34,734 nucleotides of DNA from Kofleriaceae bacterium (GCA_046597055.1 JBKJLC010000235.1:1-34734); one strand, 5' to 3'. Positions 1-12,731 are shown, counted from the first letter of the stretch. Numbers and translations are program-made. The notes: generated from the letters alone by a model not told the origin.

Positions 1-77
1 GCGACCGGGTCGGGCCGCGCACCGGCGCCGCAACCACCGGCGGTGGCGCAGGCGAGGACCAGGGCGGCGCACCGCAT
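1..77 (-). CDS. 5' end of a probable lipoprotein, runs off the window
   Basis: ATG at 77 gives MRCAALVLACATAGGCGAGARPDPV: hydrophobic stretch and AGGC lipobox, no stop before the edge. Confidence 0.45.
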   Translation of the reverse strand, partial: MRCAALVLACATAGGCGAGARPDPV

Positions 78-265
78 CGCCACCGCATACCACGGCGACC
101 CGGCTCCTCGCGGGCGCGGTCGAAGCGCCCCGGGGTCGGACGCGCGCCCAGGCCGAGGTCGAGGGTCGCCCTCCCGGTGCCGGCAACGGCGACCGCGGGG
201 TCGGTCGTCACGGCGGTGAAGCGCGGTGCCGGCGGCGAGTGCGATCGGCTCGGCCTGCGCCGCCG

Positions 266-364
266 TCACGCGGGAGCGGGCGGGTCCGCGGGGTCGGACA
301 CGCACCCACTCGTGCCCACGATGCCGGTGATCAGGAGTGCAATGACGGCGAGGGTGGCGCGCAT
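266..364 (-). CDS. 32-aa lipoprotein-like peptide or gene remnant
   Basis: MRATLAVIALLITGIVGTSGC-VSDPADPPAPA*: signal peptide with lipobox-like TSGC; sigma54-like motif just upstream. Confidence 0.4.
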   Translation of the reverse strand: MRATLAVIALLITGIVGTSGCVSDPADPPAPA

Positions 365-376
365 GTCCGACCGTTT

Positions 377-392
377 TGCACGCGTCGAGCCA
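377..392 (-). promoter_or_regulatory. Candidate sigma54 -24/-12 promoter
   Basis: Minus strand reads TGGCTC-GACGC-GTGCA (GG-N10-GC). Confidence 0.35.
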
Positions 393-598
393 CGGGTGTA
401 CGATAGACACGTCACCGCGATTGCTCGGCGCGGGAGCCAGCTCCTGCCAGAATTCCCGACACCGGGCATGCCCGACGGGGCCGGCCCCGATCGCTTCCGT
501 CCGATCCGGCGGCCCCGGGCGGGGACGCATCCCCTTCATTCAATCCGGTCATGGCCGATTGATCCATCCGTGACCGTCCAGCCGGTCGGGGAGCAACG

Positions 599-991
599 AT
601 GAACTACAGCATCCTGGTCTGCGACGACGAGCCCGAGGTGCGCGCCGCGATGCGCCGCACCCTGCATGGCTTCACGGTCACGACGGTCGAGTCCATGGCC
701 GATGCGCTGGCAGAACTCAAGCAGCGGCCGTACGACGCGGTGGTCAGCGACTTCAACCTGAGCGCCACCTGCGATGGGCTGGAGCTGCTGCAGATGGTGC
801 GCATGCTCTATCCCAACAGCGTGCGCTTCCTGGTCACCGGCAACACCGACCTCCAGGTCGCGATCCGCGCGGTCAACGAGGGGGCCGTCCACCGCTTCTT
901 CCTCAAGCCGTGGGACGACGACCAGCTGGTCGCGTCGATGCAGATCCAGCTGCGTACCCATCACCGCGCGGCCGACTCGGCTCGTCCATGA
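599..991 (+). CDS. Stand-alone response regulator receiver (REC) protein
   Basis: ILVCDDE, VSDF (phosphoacceptor Asp), VTG and LKPW motifs; GGGAG RBS upstream. Confidence 0.9.
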   Translation: MNYSILVCDDEPEVRAAMRRTLHGFTVTTVESMADALAELKQRPYDAVVSDFNLSATCDGLELLQMVRMLYPNSVRFLVTGNTDLQVAIRAVNEGAVHRFFLKPWDDDQLVASMQIQLRTHHRAADSARP

Positions 992-2094
992 AGCTGCTCG
1001 CCACCGCCACGGCCGCTGCCATCGCGGTGGCAGCAGTCCCCGGCGCGACCCGGGCCGAACGTTGGATCGCGGCCGAGGTCCCGGCCGCGTGGGCGTTCTC
1101 CGATCCGCAGGCCAGCGCGTTCCGCCCCGGTGCGCTGCCCGCGGTCGGCGTCTACCAGGCGATGACCGGCTGGGCCGCGGTCGGGCTCCGGGCCCGCGCC
1201 GGCGTGCTCGCCGACGGCGCCGCGCCCGCCCCGGGCGTCCGCGATCCCGGCCCCGCCGGGCTACTCACGCTCAGCCTCGCCACCCGGGTCGCGCACCGCG
1301 GCTGGTGGCTCGAGGTCGCCGCCGGTGGCGGGCTCACCGGCGACGACCTGGTGCCCGCGCTCGAGCTCGGCATCGGCGTGACGCGGACGATGGGCGGTCT
1401 GGAACTCGGCCCCGCGCTGCGTGTCCTGCACGTCGAGGCGCCTGCGATGTCGATCGGGCTCGGCTCCGCCGATCTCGCGCTGATCGGCCTCGAGGTGCGC
1501 CGGGCCGCGCCGCGGCCGCGGGTCCGTCCGCCGGTCGCAGTGCAGATCGCCGCGCCGGTCGCCGAGGTCGCGCCGCCGCTCGCCTGCGCCGACGATCCGG
1601 CCTGCACACCGCCTCCTCGCGACGCCGATCCGCTGCTCGATCAGCTGGCGTCGTGCCGCGAGCTCGCCGCGGTGCTCGAGGGCGGCACCGCCGGCGACGG
1701 CTGCGCGACCGGTGGTGACGTCGTGGTCAATCACGACCGCATCATCTTGTCGGAGCAGGTGCTGTTCGATCTCAACCGCGCCCGCGTCGGCCGCCACGCG
1801 CGGCCGGTGATCGCCGCGATCGCGCGCGCGTTCACCGAGCAGCCCGGCTGGGACCGCCTGGTGATCGAGGGCCACTCCGACGTCCGCGGTCCTGCCGAGT
1901 ACAACCGCTGGCTCAGCCAGCAGCGCGCCGACCGCACCCGCGCGCTGCTGGTCGAAGCCGGGGTGCCGGCCGACCGGGTCGACGCGATCGGCCACGGCGC
2001 CGAGCGCCCGCGCGAGCTCGGCACCGACGAGGCCTCGCACGCCCGCAACCGCCGGGTCGAGTTCGTGTTCGTCCCGCCGGGAGCCTCGCAATGA
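988..2094 (+). CDS. OmpA-family protein (signal peptide, beta-rich N-terminus, OmpA C-terminal peptidoglycan-binding domain)
   Basis: ATGA overlap with the upstream gene; MKLLATATAAA signal; VLFD, IEGHSD..G..EYN..LS..RA and NRRVEF motifs. Confidence 0.88.
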   Translation: MKLLATATAAAIAVAAVPGATRAERWIAAEVPAAWAFSDPQASAFRPGALPAVGVYQAMTGWAAVGLRARAGVLADGAAPAPGVRDPGPAGLLTLSLATRVAHRGWWLEVAAGGGLTGDDLVPALELGIGVTRTMGGLELGPALRVLHVEAPAMSIGLGSADLALIGLEVRRAAPRPRVRPPVAVQIAAPVAEVAPPLACADDPACTPPPRDADPLLDQLASCRELAAVLEGGTAGDGCATGGDVVVNHDRIILSEQVLFDLNRARVGRHARPVIAAIARAFTEQPGWDRLVIEGHSDVRGPAEYNRWLSQQRADRTRALLVEAGVPADRVDAIGHGAERPRELGTDEASHARNRRVEFVFVPPGASQ

Positions 2095-3215
2095 GCCCCC
2101 GGCGCACCGCGGGCGCCCTCGCGCTGGCCGCGCTGATCGCGCTGGTCGGAGCCAGCGGCTGCTTCGACTCGCTGATCGACGCGGGCTGCGCCGACGGCTG
2201 GGTCGCCGAGCGCGGCACCTGCCGGCTCGCGGTGGCCGACGCCGGTGAGCTGGACGGCGGCACCGATGGCGCGCCCGCCGACGGCCCGACCACCGACGGC
2301 ACCCCTCTCGACGGCGCGCCTGAGGACGGCGCTCCCGCGGACGGTGCGCCCGAGGACGGCGCTCCCGCGGACGGTGCGCCCGACGCGACCCCAGATGCGA
2401 TGCTCGACGCCGCCGTCGACGCCGCGCTCGATGCGGCGACCGACGCCGCGCTCGACGCGAGCCCGACCTGCCCGGGTAGTGACGTGGTGTGTGGGGGCAC
2501 CTGCGTCGACATCGCGACCAACCCTGACCACTGCGGCGGCTGCGACCTGCCCTGCTCGAGCGGCCTGTGCTCGGCCGGCGTCTGCGGCGGCGTGGTCGCC
2601 GGCCACGTCGTCGTCATCGGCCACGACTACGAGACCTACCGCGCCGCCAATGCGCGCGTGCTCGGCAACGCGGTCTCGCTGGGCGCCGGCCGGCCGGTGC
2701 GGGTGATGGTGTGGCGCGGCGACGCTGCGGCCGAGGCCGAGCCGAGCATCCTGGCTGCGCTCGCGACCGGCATGACCGCGACCGGTCAGCCGTGGCAGGT
2801 GGCGCCGACCACCCCGATGCCGCCGGCCGACCGCGTGACCGCCGACGTGCTGCTGATCGTGCCGCAGCGCGGCGCCGCCAGCACCCAGGTCGAGCTCGGC
2901 GCGACCTATGCCCCGCGCCTGAACGCGTTCATCGCCGCCGGCGGGGTGGTGGTCGGCCTGGCCGGGCCCGGCTCGACCACCGCCGAGCTGGTCCGCGGCG
3001 CCGGACTGCTCGACGTGACCGCGGGCGCGACCGCGTCCGGGCAGTCGGTCCGCATCGTCGCCCCGACCGACGCCGTCGCGGTCGGCGTCCCGTCGCCGTA
3101 CCTCGGCACCACGGGGACCACGACCTTCGGCCTCACGCCGGGGCCCGCGACGGTCGTCGTGGTCGAGACGCCGGCCGGTGCGCCGGTCGTCATCCATCGC
3201 ACCGCCGAACGCTGA
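2091..3215 (+). CDS. Lipoprotein with Asp-Gly-Ala repeat linker, Cys-rich module and uncharacterised C-terminal domain
   Basis: ATGA overlap; ASGC lipobox; DG(A/T)Px and DAAx repeats; CGGTCVD....DHCGGC...C...C..G.C module. Confidence 0.8.
   Translation: MSPRRTAGALALAALIALVGASGCFDSLIDAGCADGWVAERGTCRLAVADAGELDGGTDGAPADGPTTDGTPLDGAPEDGAPADGAPEDGAPADGAPDATPDAMLDAAVDAALDAATDAALDASPTCPGSDVVCGGTCVDIATNPDHCGGCDLPCSSGLCSAGVCGGVVAGHVVVIGHDYETYRAANARVLGNAVSLGAGRPVRVMVWRGDAAAEAEPSILAALATGMTATGQPWQVAPTTPMPPADRVTADVLLIVPQRGAASTQVELGATYAPRLNAFIAAGGVVVGLAGPGSTTAELVRGAGLLDVTAGATASGQSVRIVAPTDAVAVGVPSPYLGTTGTTTFGLTPGPATVVVVETPAGAPVVIHRTAER
2322..2381 (+). repeat. Two exact 30-bp tandem copies inside a degenerate 15-bp coding repeat tract
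   Basis: gaggacggcgctcccgcggacggtgcgccc at 2322-2351 and 2352-2381 (EDGAPADGAP x2). Confidence 0.85.
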
Positions 3216-3413
3216 CTCTCGGGCTCTCCGCGGCAGCACCGCACGCGGTGCGACGACCGGCAGGGATTCGACCGTGTCGCGCGAGTGGCCGGCGACCCAC
3301 CTGGGTAGCCGGTGACCCGGTGCGATGGGTTAGCGACCGCGCGACGGCCCGCCAATGTGGCGACACTCGTCGCGCAAACTTGGTAGGTGAGGACACACTC
3401 CCGGACGCGGTCA

Positions 3414-3429
3414 TGGCGCGACATTCGCA
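3414..3429 (+). promoter_or_regulatory. Candidate sigma54 promoter
   Basis: TGGCGC-GACAT-TCGCA (GG-N10-GC), ending just upstream of the GTG at 3443. Confidence 0.4.
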
Positions 3430-3442
3430 ATGAGCTTCGCTC

Positions 3443-4468
<1,026 letters not shown>

Positions 4469-4490
4469 GCCGGAGCCGAGCCCGGCGGCG

Positions 4491-5933
<1,443 letters not shown>

Positions 5934-5982
5934 CTGGGGATAGCTTAGCGAAATTCGGCGCCGCGCGCCGCCGCTGGCCAGC

Positions 5983-7185
5983 TCAGGTCTTGGCCGGCGC
6001 CGGCGTCGGCAGGCGGAGCACGAACTGCGGCCCGTCGGCCAGCCCCTCGTAGCGGACCGAGCCGCCGTGGGCATCGAGCGCCAGCCGGCAGAAGTAGAGC
6101 CCGAGCCCGCGCTGACCATCCTTGCCGAGCGCGTACTTCTTGAACAGCCGGGGCTGCAGCGCCGGCGGCACCTGGGGTCCGGTGTTGTGGATCGTGATCT
6201 GGACGCCGGTGCGCTCGCCGTCTTCCCAGGGGGTCGCCGCCAGCCGGATCAGGCCGCTGGGGTTGCAATATCGGACCGAGTTGCCGACCAGGTTGTGGAT
6301 CACGCGCACGATCAGCGCCTCGTCGAAGTGGCCGACCAGGTCGGCATCGCAGGCGACCACGTGGCGGATGTTCCGCCCGATCGACGGCGCGTGCAGCGCC
6401 ATGACCTCGAGCAGGACCTCGCGCAGCTTGACCGGCGCACACCGGACCCGCAGCGCGTCGTCCTCGAACCGGCCGATGTCGACGAAGTTGGCGACCAGGC
6501 CCGACATGCGGCGCAGCGCGCGCAGGGTCGACGTCATCGCCTGGAGATCGTCGCCGGTCACCTCGAGCACCTGCGACAGATACGTGATGTTCGACAGCGC
6601 GACCGCGAGGCCGTTGTTGAGATCGTGAGCGAGCAGCGCGGACGCCTCGGCGCCCCACGCCAGCAGGCGGTCGGCGTGGTCGCGCGCCTGGCGGGCATCG
6701 ATGTAGGCCTGCTGGCTGCGCGCCGACGCGACCACGCGACGCTCGAGCTCGCGGATCGAGATCGGCTTGCTGATGAAGTCGTCGGCGCCGGCATCGAACA
6801 GCGCGACCCGGGTCAGCTCCTCGTCGGTGCCGCTCAGGATCGAGACGTGGACCGCCTGGCCGTGGTTCGCCTTGAGGTACTTCAGCACGTCGAGGCCGCT
6901 GGTCGGCATGCCGAGATCGATCACGGCCAGGTCGGGCGGCGTCTGCTCGGCCCGGGCGATCGCGGCGGCGCCGTCGTCGGCCTGCATGACCTCGAACCCC
7001 AGGCGCGACAGGGCGATGCTGACCGCGCGCCGGACCAGCGGGTCATCGTCGGCGACCAGGACCCGGATCCCGGGGGGAAGGGTCACGCTGGCCGCCAGCG
7101 TCGCGGTGGGGTCCCCGGTCACGTCGAGCCCATGATCGCTCGTCGACATGGCTTCGGTCGCGTCCGAATTCACTTTTTTGGTCAT
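5983..7185 (-). CDS. Cytoplasmic REC-histidine kinase (REC-HisKA-HATPase)
   Basis: VADDD, IDLGMP, SKP; H-box LAHDLNN; N-box HNLVGNS; NTG; GLGL; no obvious TM segment. Confidence 0.9.
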   Translation of the reverse strand: MTKKVNSDATEAMSTSDHGLDVTGDPTATLAASVTLPPGIRVLVADDDPLVRRAVSIALSRLGFEVMQADDGAAAIARAEQTPPDLAVIDLGMPTSGLDVLKYLKANHGQAVHVSILSGTDEELTRVALFDAGADDFISKPISIRELERRVVASARSQQAYIDARQARDHADRLLAWGAEASALLAHDLNNGLAVALSNITYLSQVLEVTGDDLQAMTSTLRALRRMSGLVANFVDIGRFEDDALRVRCAPVKLREVLLEVMALHAPSIGRNIRHVVACDADLVGHFDEALIVRVIHNLVGNSVRYCNPSGLIRLAATPWEDGERTGVQITIHNTGPQVPPALQPRLFKKYALGKDGQRGLGLYFCRLALDAHGGSVRYEGLADGPQFVLRLPTPAPAKT

Positions 7186-7352
7186 TTGCCCCGCCCGTCT
7201 CGTCCGCAAGTCTCCGAGATCGGTGAAGTCCGACCCCGTCAGATCCAGCTTCCTCGATGCCGACCACCGCCGCAACCCATCGGCCCGCCTGGCCCCCCTG
7301 AATGTCCGCCGCGGCTGGCCGATCCAGGCAAGTGCCCACCAGGAGCATCCCC

Positions 7353-8663
7353 ATGGAAGCGTCCCTCTCCACCGACCCGAGCGGCCACACTTACATCCCG
7401 GTCGCGGCGCCGACCTCCGGCTCCCGCCTCGATCCGCTCCAGGTGTGTGACCTCCTGCTCGACGCCGCCCTCGGCAACGAGATCGACACGATCTGGTTCG
7501 AGCCGCGGGCCCCCAGCGAGGAGCACTACGATGTGGCGCTCGAGCGCCAGGGCGTGGTCATGGCGGTCGGCACCCTGGACGCCAACCTCGGGGCCGCGGT
7601 GATCGCCCGACTGGCGATGCTGGCCGACATCGACCTGATGCTGCGGCGGCCCTCCACCGGCCGGACCTTCGTACGAAGCGCTAGCAATGCCGCCGAGATC
7701 GTGGTGACCGTCCGGCCCGGCCGCTCGCTGCGCGCCGAGGTCTTCGTGCGCCGCCAGGGCGCCCGGCCGGTGGTCGCGACCGCGCCGGTCGACCTCGAGC
7801 CGGGCACGATGGTCGGTCACTACCGCGTGCGCTGGCACGTCGGGTCCGGCGGCATGGGACGCGTCTATCAGGTCGAGCACGCGACGCTCGGTCGCGCCTA
7901 CGCGCTCAAGGTGCTCCACGCCCATGCCCGGACGGAAGATCCCGAGAGCAACGCCCGGTTCGTGCGCGAGGCCCGCGCCGCCGCCCGCATCAAGCACCCC
8001 AGCGTCGTCGACGTGTTCGACTTCGGCTACCTGGCCGACGGCCGGCCCTACCTGGTCATGGAGCTGCTGCCCGGCGCCAGCCTCACCGACCTGATGGCCA
8101 ACGGGCCGCTCGAGCCGCGGGTCGGGGTCGCGATCGCCAAGCAGCTCGCGTCCGCGCTCGCCGCCGCCCACGACGTCGGCGTCATCCACGCCGACGTCAG
8201 CCCCTCGAACGTGCTGGTCGGCGGCGATCACGCCGCCAAGCTGGTCGACTTCGGCCTCGCGCTCCTGCGCGACGACACCACCCGGCTCGCCACCGACGAG
8301 GCCGGCGAGTACGTGCTGGGCACACCGTCCTACATCTCGCCCGAGCAGATCCGCGGCCAGGTCGCGGACGAGCGCAGCGACCAGTACGCCCTGGGTGCGG
8401 TCATCTACGAGATGCTGGTCGGCAAGCCGCCGTTCGCCGGCCGCTCGCTGCGCGACCTGTGCCTCAAGCACATCGGGGCCCCGGTGCCCGCGCTGGTGAG
8501 CCCGTTCGGCCCGCTGCCGGTCGAGCTGACCCGCACCGTCGAGCGCTGCCTGGCCAAGACCGCGGACCTGCGGTTCGGCTCGATGCACGAGGTCGCGGCC
8601 GCCTTGGTCGAGGCCGAGCAGGCCGTGTTCGTCCGCGGCTGGCGACGCTGGCTGAGCACCTGA
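7353..8663 (+). CDS. Hanks-type Ser/Thr protein kinase with an N-terminal PilB/GspE-like domain
   Basis: AGGAG RBS; GSGGMGRVY, ALK, HADVSPSN, DFG, GTPSYISPEQ, DQYALG. Confidence 0.88.
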   Translation: MEASLSTDPSGHTYIPVAAPTSGSRLDPLQVCDLLLDAALGNEIDTIWFEPRAPSEEHYDVALERQGVVMAVGTLDANLGAAVIARLAMLADIDLMLRRPSTGRTFVRSASNAAEIVVTVRPGRSLRAEVFVRRQGARPVVATAPVDLEPGTMVGHYRVRWHVGSGGMGRVYQVEHATLGRAYALKVLHAHARTEDPESNARFVREARAAARIKHPSVVDVFDFGYLADGRPYLVMELLPGASLTDLMANGPLEPRVGVAIAKQLASALAAAHDVGVIHADVSPSNVLVGGDHAAKLVDFGLALLRDDTTRLATDEAGEYVLGTPSYISPEQIRGQVADERSDQYALGAVIYEMLVGKPPFAGRSLRDLCLKHIGAPVPALVSPFGPLPVELTRTVERCLAKTADLRFGSMHEVAAALVEAEQAVFVRGWRRWLST

Positions 8664-8694
8664 TCCCGCGCGATCCCGGCCCCTGGAGAACCCG

Positions 8695-9264
8695 ATGACC
8701 ACCCGCCCCGTCGTGCTGTGCGTCGATGACGATCCCGACATCCTCGCCTCGGTCTCGCGGCTGCTGCGCCGCGACGGCCACGAGGTCGTGCTCGCCAACA
8801 CCCCGGCCGAGGCGCTGGCAGTCCTGTCGACCCGGCCGGTCGACGTGCTGGTCTCCGACTTCGAGATGCCGGACATGAACGGCGTCGAGCTGGCGGTCCG
8901 CGCCCGCGAGGTGCAGCCCGAGACGGTCCGCATCCTCTTGACCGGCCGGAACACGGTCGACACCGTCACCGAGGGCATCAACGTCGGCGAGGTCTACCGC
9001 TTCATCGCCAAGCCGTTCGAACCCGACACGCTGCGGCGCGAGGTGGCCGCGGCGATCGCGCACCACCAGGAGATCGCGGCGGTGTCACAGGAGCGATCGA
9101 CCGTGGTGCGCCGCCAACGCCTGGTGGCCGCGCTCGAGACCGATTTCCCGGGCATCACCTCGGTACCGCGGGATGACACCGGCGCCTACCTGCTCGATCC
9201 CGAGGCCAGCATGCGTCCGGTCGGACCCGAGCTGGCCGCCGTGGCCGCGCTGATCCGACGTTGA
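8695..9264 (+). CDS. Response regulator (REC plus short C-terminal extension)
   Basis: LCVDDD, VSDFEMP, LTG, AKPF; GGAG RBS. Confidence 0.9.
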   Translation: MTTRPVVLCVDDDPDILASVSRLLRRDGHEVVLANTPAEALAVLSTRPVDVLVSDFEMPDMNGVELAVRAREVQPETVRILLTGRNTVDTVTEGINVGEVYRFIAKPFEPDTLRREVAAAIAHHQEIAAVSQERSTVVRRQRLVAALETDFPGITSVPRDDTGAYLLDPEASMRPVGPELAAVAALIRR

Positions 9265-9274
9265 CGGGGGGGTC

Positions 9275-9301
9275 TCAACGAACCCAGGGTCCGGTCGACC
9301 C
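9275..9301 (+). promoter_or_regulatory. Candidate sigma28 promoter for the flgM-like ORF
   Basis: TCAA-N15-GTCGACCC versus consensus T(A/C)AA-N15-GCCGATAA; spacing exact, -10 box partial. Confidence 0.5.
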
Positions 9302-9313
9302 AGGGTGTGGAGA

Positions 9314-9475
9314 ATGATGATGCGGATCGACCCGAGCACCCTGGCTACCTTCACCGACACGCCCTCGACCGAACGCATGGGTGCGCGCGCCGCGCGGATC
9401 CGCCAGACGCTCCTGTCCGGGCTGTACACGATCGACCTGGACCGGCTGGCCGGTCGGCTCGTCGGTAATCGCTAG
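9314..9475 (+). CDS. flgM: FlgM-like anti-sigma28 factor (53 aa, not in the ORF track)
   Basis: MMMRIDPSTLATFTDTPSTERMGARAARIRQTLLSGLYTIDLDRLAGRLVGNR; C-terminus fits the FlgM pattern hydrophobic-R/K-xx-hydrophobic-xxG-x-Y-x-I/V-D-xxx-LA; GGAG RBS; adjacent to fliA. Start could be 9314, 9317 or 9320. Confidence 0.75.
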   Translation: MMMRIDPSTLATFTDTPSTERMGARAARIRQTLLSGLYTIDLDRLAGRLVGNR

Positions 9476-9572
9476 CCGACAGCCGCCGCAACCCGGCCAC
9501 GAGACCCAGCCGCGCGGGCGGCCGACGTCTCGGAACCGTCGTGGTGCGCAGCCAATGCGCAGGTCGCGCAGG

Positions 9573-10310
9573 TCAGGCGGCGGCGGCGCGCACCGAGGTC
9601 AGCTCTGGCGTGCGCTCGATCTCGGCCCGGAGGCGAACGATCGCGCGGCCATGGAGCTGACAGACGCGCGAGATGGTCACGCCCAGGATCTGGGCGATCT
9701 CCACGTAGGTGAGCTCGTCGCCGTAATAGAGCGACAGCAGCAGCACGTCGCGCTCGCCGAGCCGGCCCAGCGCGCGGCGCACGCGGCCGAGGAGCTGGCT
9801 GCGCTCGGCCTGCTGGGCCGGCGACGAGGTCTCGCGGTCGGCGGGAAGGTCGATGTCGTCGAGCGCGCCCACCGTGACGTGGATTAGCTGCTCGAGGTCG
9901 TTGCGATAGGTCTCGACCGAGACGCCGAGCTTGGCGGCGACCGCCTCGTCGGCGGGCGGGCCGCTGCTGGTCTGCTCGAGCTCGCGGATGGTGGCGCCAA
10001 CCTTGCGCGCCATCTGGCGAACCCGGCGCGGCATGATGTCGCCACGACGCAGCTCGTCGAGGATCGCGCCGCGGATGCGTTTCTCGGCGAAGACCAGGAA
10101 CGGCTCCTGGCGGGTCTCGTCGTAGCGCGCGGCGGCCTCGGCCAGGCCGAGCAGGCCGGCGGAGACCAGGTCATCGGTGCAGATCCATGCCGGGCAGCGC
10201 CGCGCCATCCGGCGGGCGATGCGCTTGGCGACCTCGACATGCTCGGCGATCAGACGGTCACGCGTGGGTGAACGTGGGGTGGTGGCCGAGCGCGAGGTGG
10301 CGTGGGTCAT
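9573..10310 (-). CDS. fliA: FliA/WhiG family RNA polymerase sigma factor (sigma28)
   Basis: DDLVSAGLLGL, RIRGAILDELR..D..PR.VR, LYY.DELT..EIA.ILGVTISRVCQLH; overlaps flhG. Confidence 0.93.
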   Translation of the reverse strand: MTHATSRSATTPRSPTRDRLIAEHVEVAKRIARRMARRCPAWICTDDLVSAGLLGLAEAAARYDETRQEPFLVFAEKRIRGAILDELRRGDIMPRRVRQMARKVGATIRELEQTSSGPPADEAVAAKLGVSVETYRNDLEQLIHVTVGALDDIDLPADRETSSPAQQAERSQLLGRVRRALGRLGERDVLLLSLYYGDELTYVEIAQILGVTISRVCQLHGRAIVRLRAEIERTPELTSVRAAAA

Positions 10311-11188
10311 GGGGCGTCTCCTTGAGCGGTGAGGTGACCGCGGCGGCGCCGCGCGCCTCCCGCTCGCTCATCGGCAAGTGCATCCAGCGCGCCAGCCACG
10401 CGGGCGAACGCACGCGCCGCGGGAGCGTCGGGGTGTAGGCGGACCAGCGGAACCCCGCGCGCCGCAGCCTCGGAGACCGCGGGGTCGGTGGGAATGGCCG
10501 GGAGCGCGGTCAGGCGCAGCTCGAGGAACTGCTCGCTGAGCGCGGTCACGCGCGCGACGATGTCGTCGGCCTGCGCGGCGCTGGTGACCCGGTTGGGCAT
10601 GATGTACGCGTGGCGTCGGCCATGCTCGCGGACGAGCACCTTCAAGCACGCGTAGGCGGCGGCCATCGACACCGGCTCGGGATCGACGACGATCAGGGTG
10701 TCGTCGGCGGCCGCTGCGAACGCGGCCTGGCTGGCGCCGATGCCGGCGGCGACGTCGAGCACGACGGTATCGAAGCGGTGCGAGAGCGAGCGAATCAGCT
10801 CGAGCGCCCGGGCCCGGGCCGCGCCGCCCATGGTCGCCAGCGTGTAGCTGCCGTTGAGCGCAGGCAGGAGCTGCAGGCCGTGGGCGGCGACCAGCACGTC
10901 CTCGATCGGCGTGCCGGCGAGCGCGTCGAGCAGGCTGTGGGTCGGCGCGACGCCGAGCAGGAGGTTGAGGTCGGCCAGGCCGAAGTCGGCGTCGACCATC
11001 AGCGTGCGCGCGCCGCCGGCCGCGTAGGTCGCCGCCAGGTTGACCGCGACCGTGCTCTTGCCGACCCCGCCCTTGCCGCCGGTCACGGCGATCCGCCGCT
11101 CGCGTTGCCGGACGACCGGAGGCTCGCCCGAGATGACGCGAAGCGAGGCACGCAGGTCGGTCACGGCCGGCAAAGCTGCAACCGTCAC
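10307..11188 (-). CDS. flhG: FlhG/FleN (MinD-family) ATPase
   Basis: GGKGGVGKS, DADFGLA, LDVAAGI, PEP.S..AY..LK; directly upstream of fliA. Confidence 0.85.
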   Translation of the reverse strand: MTVAALPAVTDLRASLRVISGEPPVVRQRERRIAVTGGKGGVGKSTVAVNLAATYAAGGARTLMVDADFGLADLNLLLGVAPTHSLLDALAGTPIEDVLVAAHGLQLLPALNGSYTLATMGGAARARALELIRSLSHRFDTVVLDVAAGIGASQAAFAAAADDTLIVVDPEPVSMAAAYACLKVLVREHGRRHAYIMPNRVTSAAQADDIVARVTALSEQFLELRLTALPAIPTDPAVSEAAARGVPLVRLHPDAPAARAFARVAGALDALADERAGGARRRRGHLTAQGDAP

Positions 11189-11282
11189 GCCACCGGTAAC
11201 GCACCGGATCTAGACGGCTTGCGTGCCCGCGCCGCGGTCGGTGTCGGTGGCGTTGACGGTGGCGACGGCCGCCGGCCTGCCG

Positions 11283-12626
<1,344 letters not shown>

Positions 12627-12638
12627 GTGGCATCGTAC

Positions 12639-12673
12639 CGGAACCGATCGGCTCCACGGAACCGTTCGGCTCC
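12639..12673. promoter_or_regulatory. Tandem imperfect palindromes, candidate activator binding sites (UAS)
   Basis: CGGAACCGATCGGCTCC (12639-12655) and CGGAACCGTTCGGCTCC (12657-12673), 16/17 identical. Confidence 0.6.
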
Positions 12674-12715
12674 GTCTTCGTGGCCGCAACCAATGGGAAC
12701 TGTACGCACCTGGAT

Positions 12716-12731
12716 CGGAACACGGGTTGCT
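12716..12731 (+). promoter_or_regulatory. Sigma54 promoter for the 12773-13977 gene pair
   Basis: CGGAAC-ACGGG-TTGCT (GG-N10-GC with TTGC); AGGAG RBS downstream. Confidence 0.6.

Noticed and set aside
536..561. Sigma28-like promoter upstream of the first REC gene (TCAA...GCCGATTG)
   Set aside because: Spacing is 10 nt rather than ~15
988..2094. OmpA protein as flagellar MotB
   Set aside because: Has a cleavable-looking signal peptide, no MotB TM motif with the conserved Asp, and no motA nearby
3236..3375. Hairpin GCACCGC-AC-GCGGTGC and several GCGAC/GTCGC words as a terminator or activator sites
   Set aside because: No U-tract, and the words are too short and common in GC-rich DNA to support a call
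7239..7266. Sigma28-like motif upstream of the kinase (TCAG-N16-GCCGACCA)
   Set aside because: Weak -35 box and off spacing; GCCGA is frequent at this GC content
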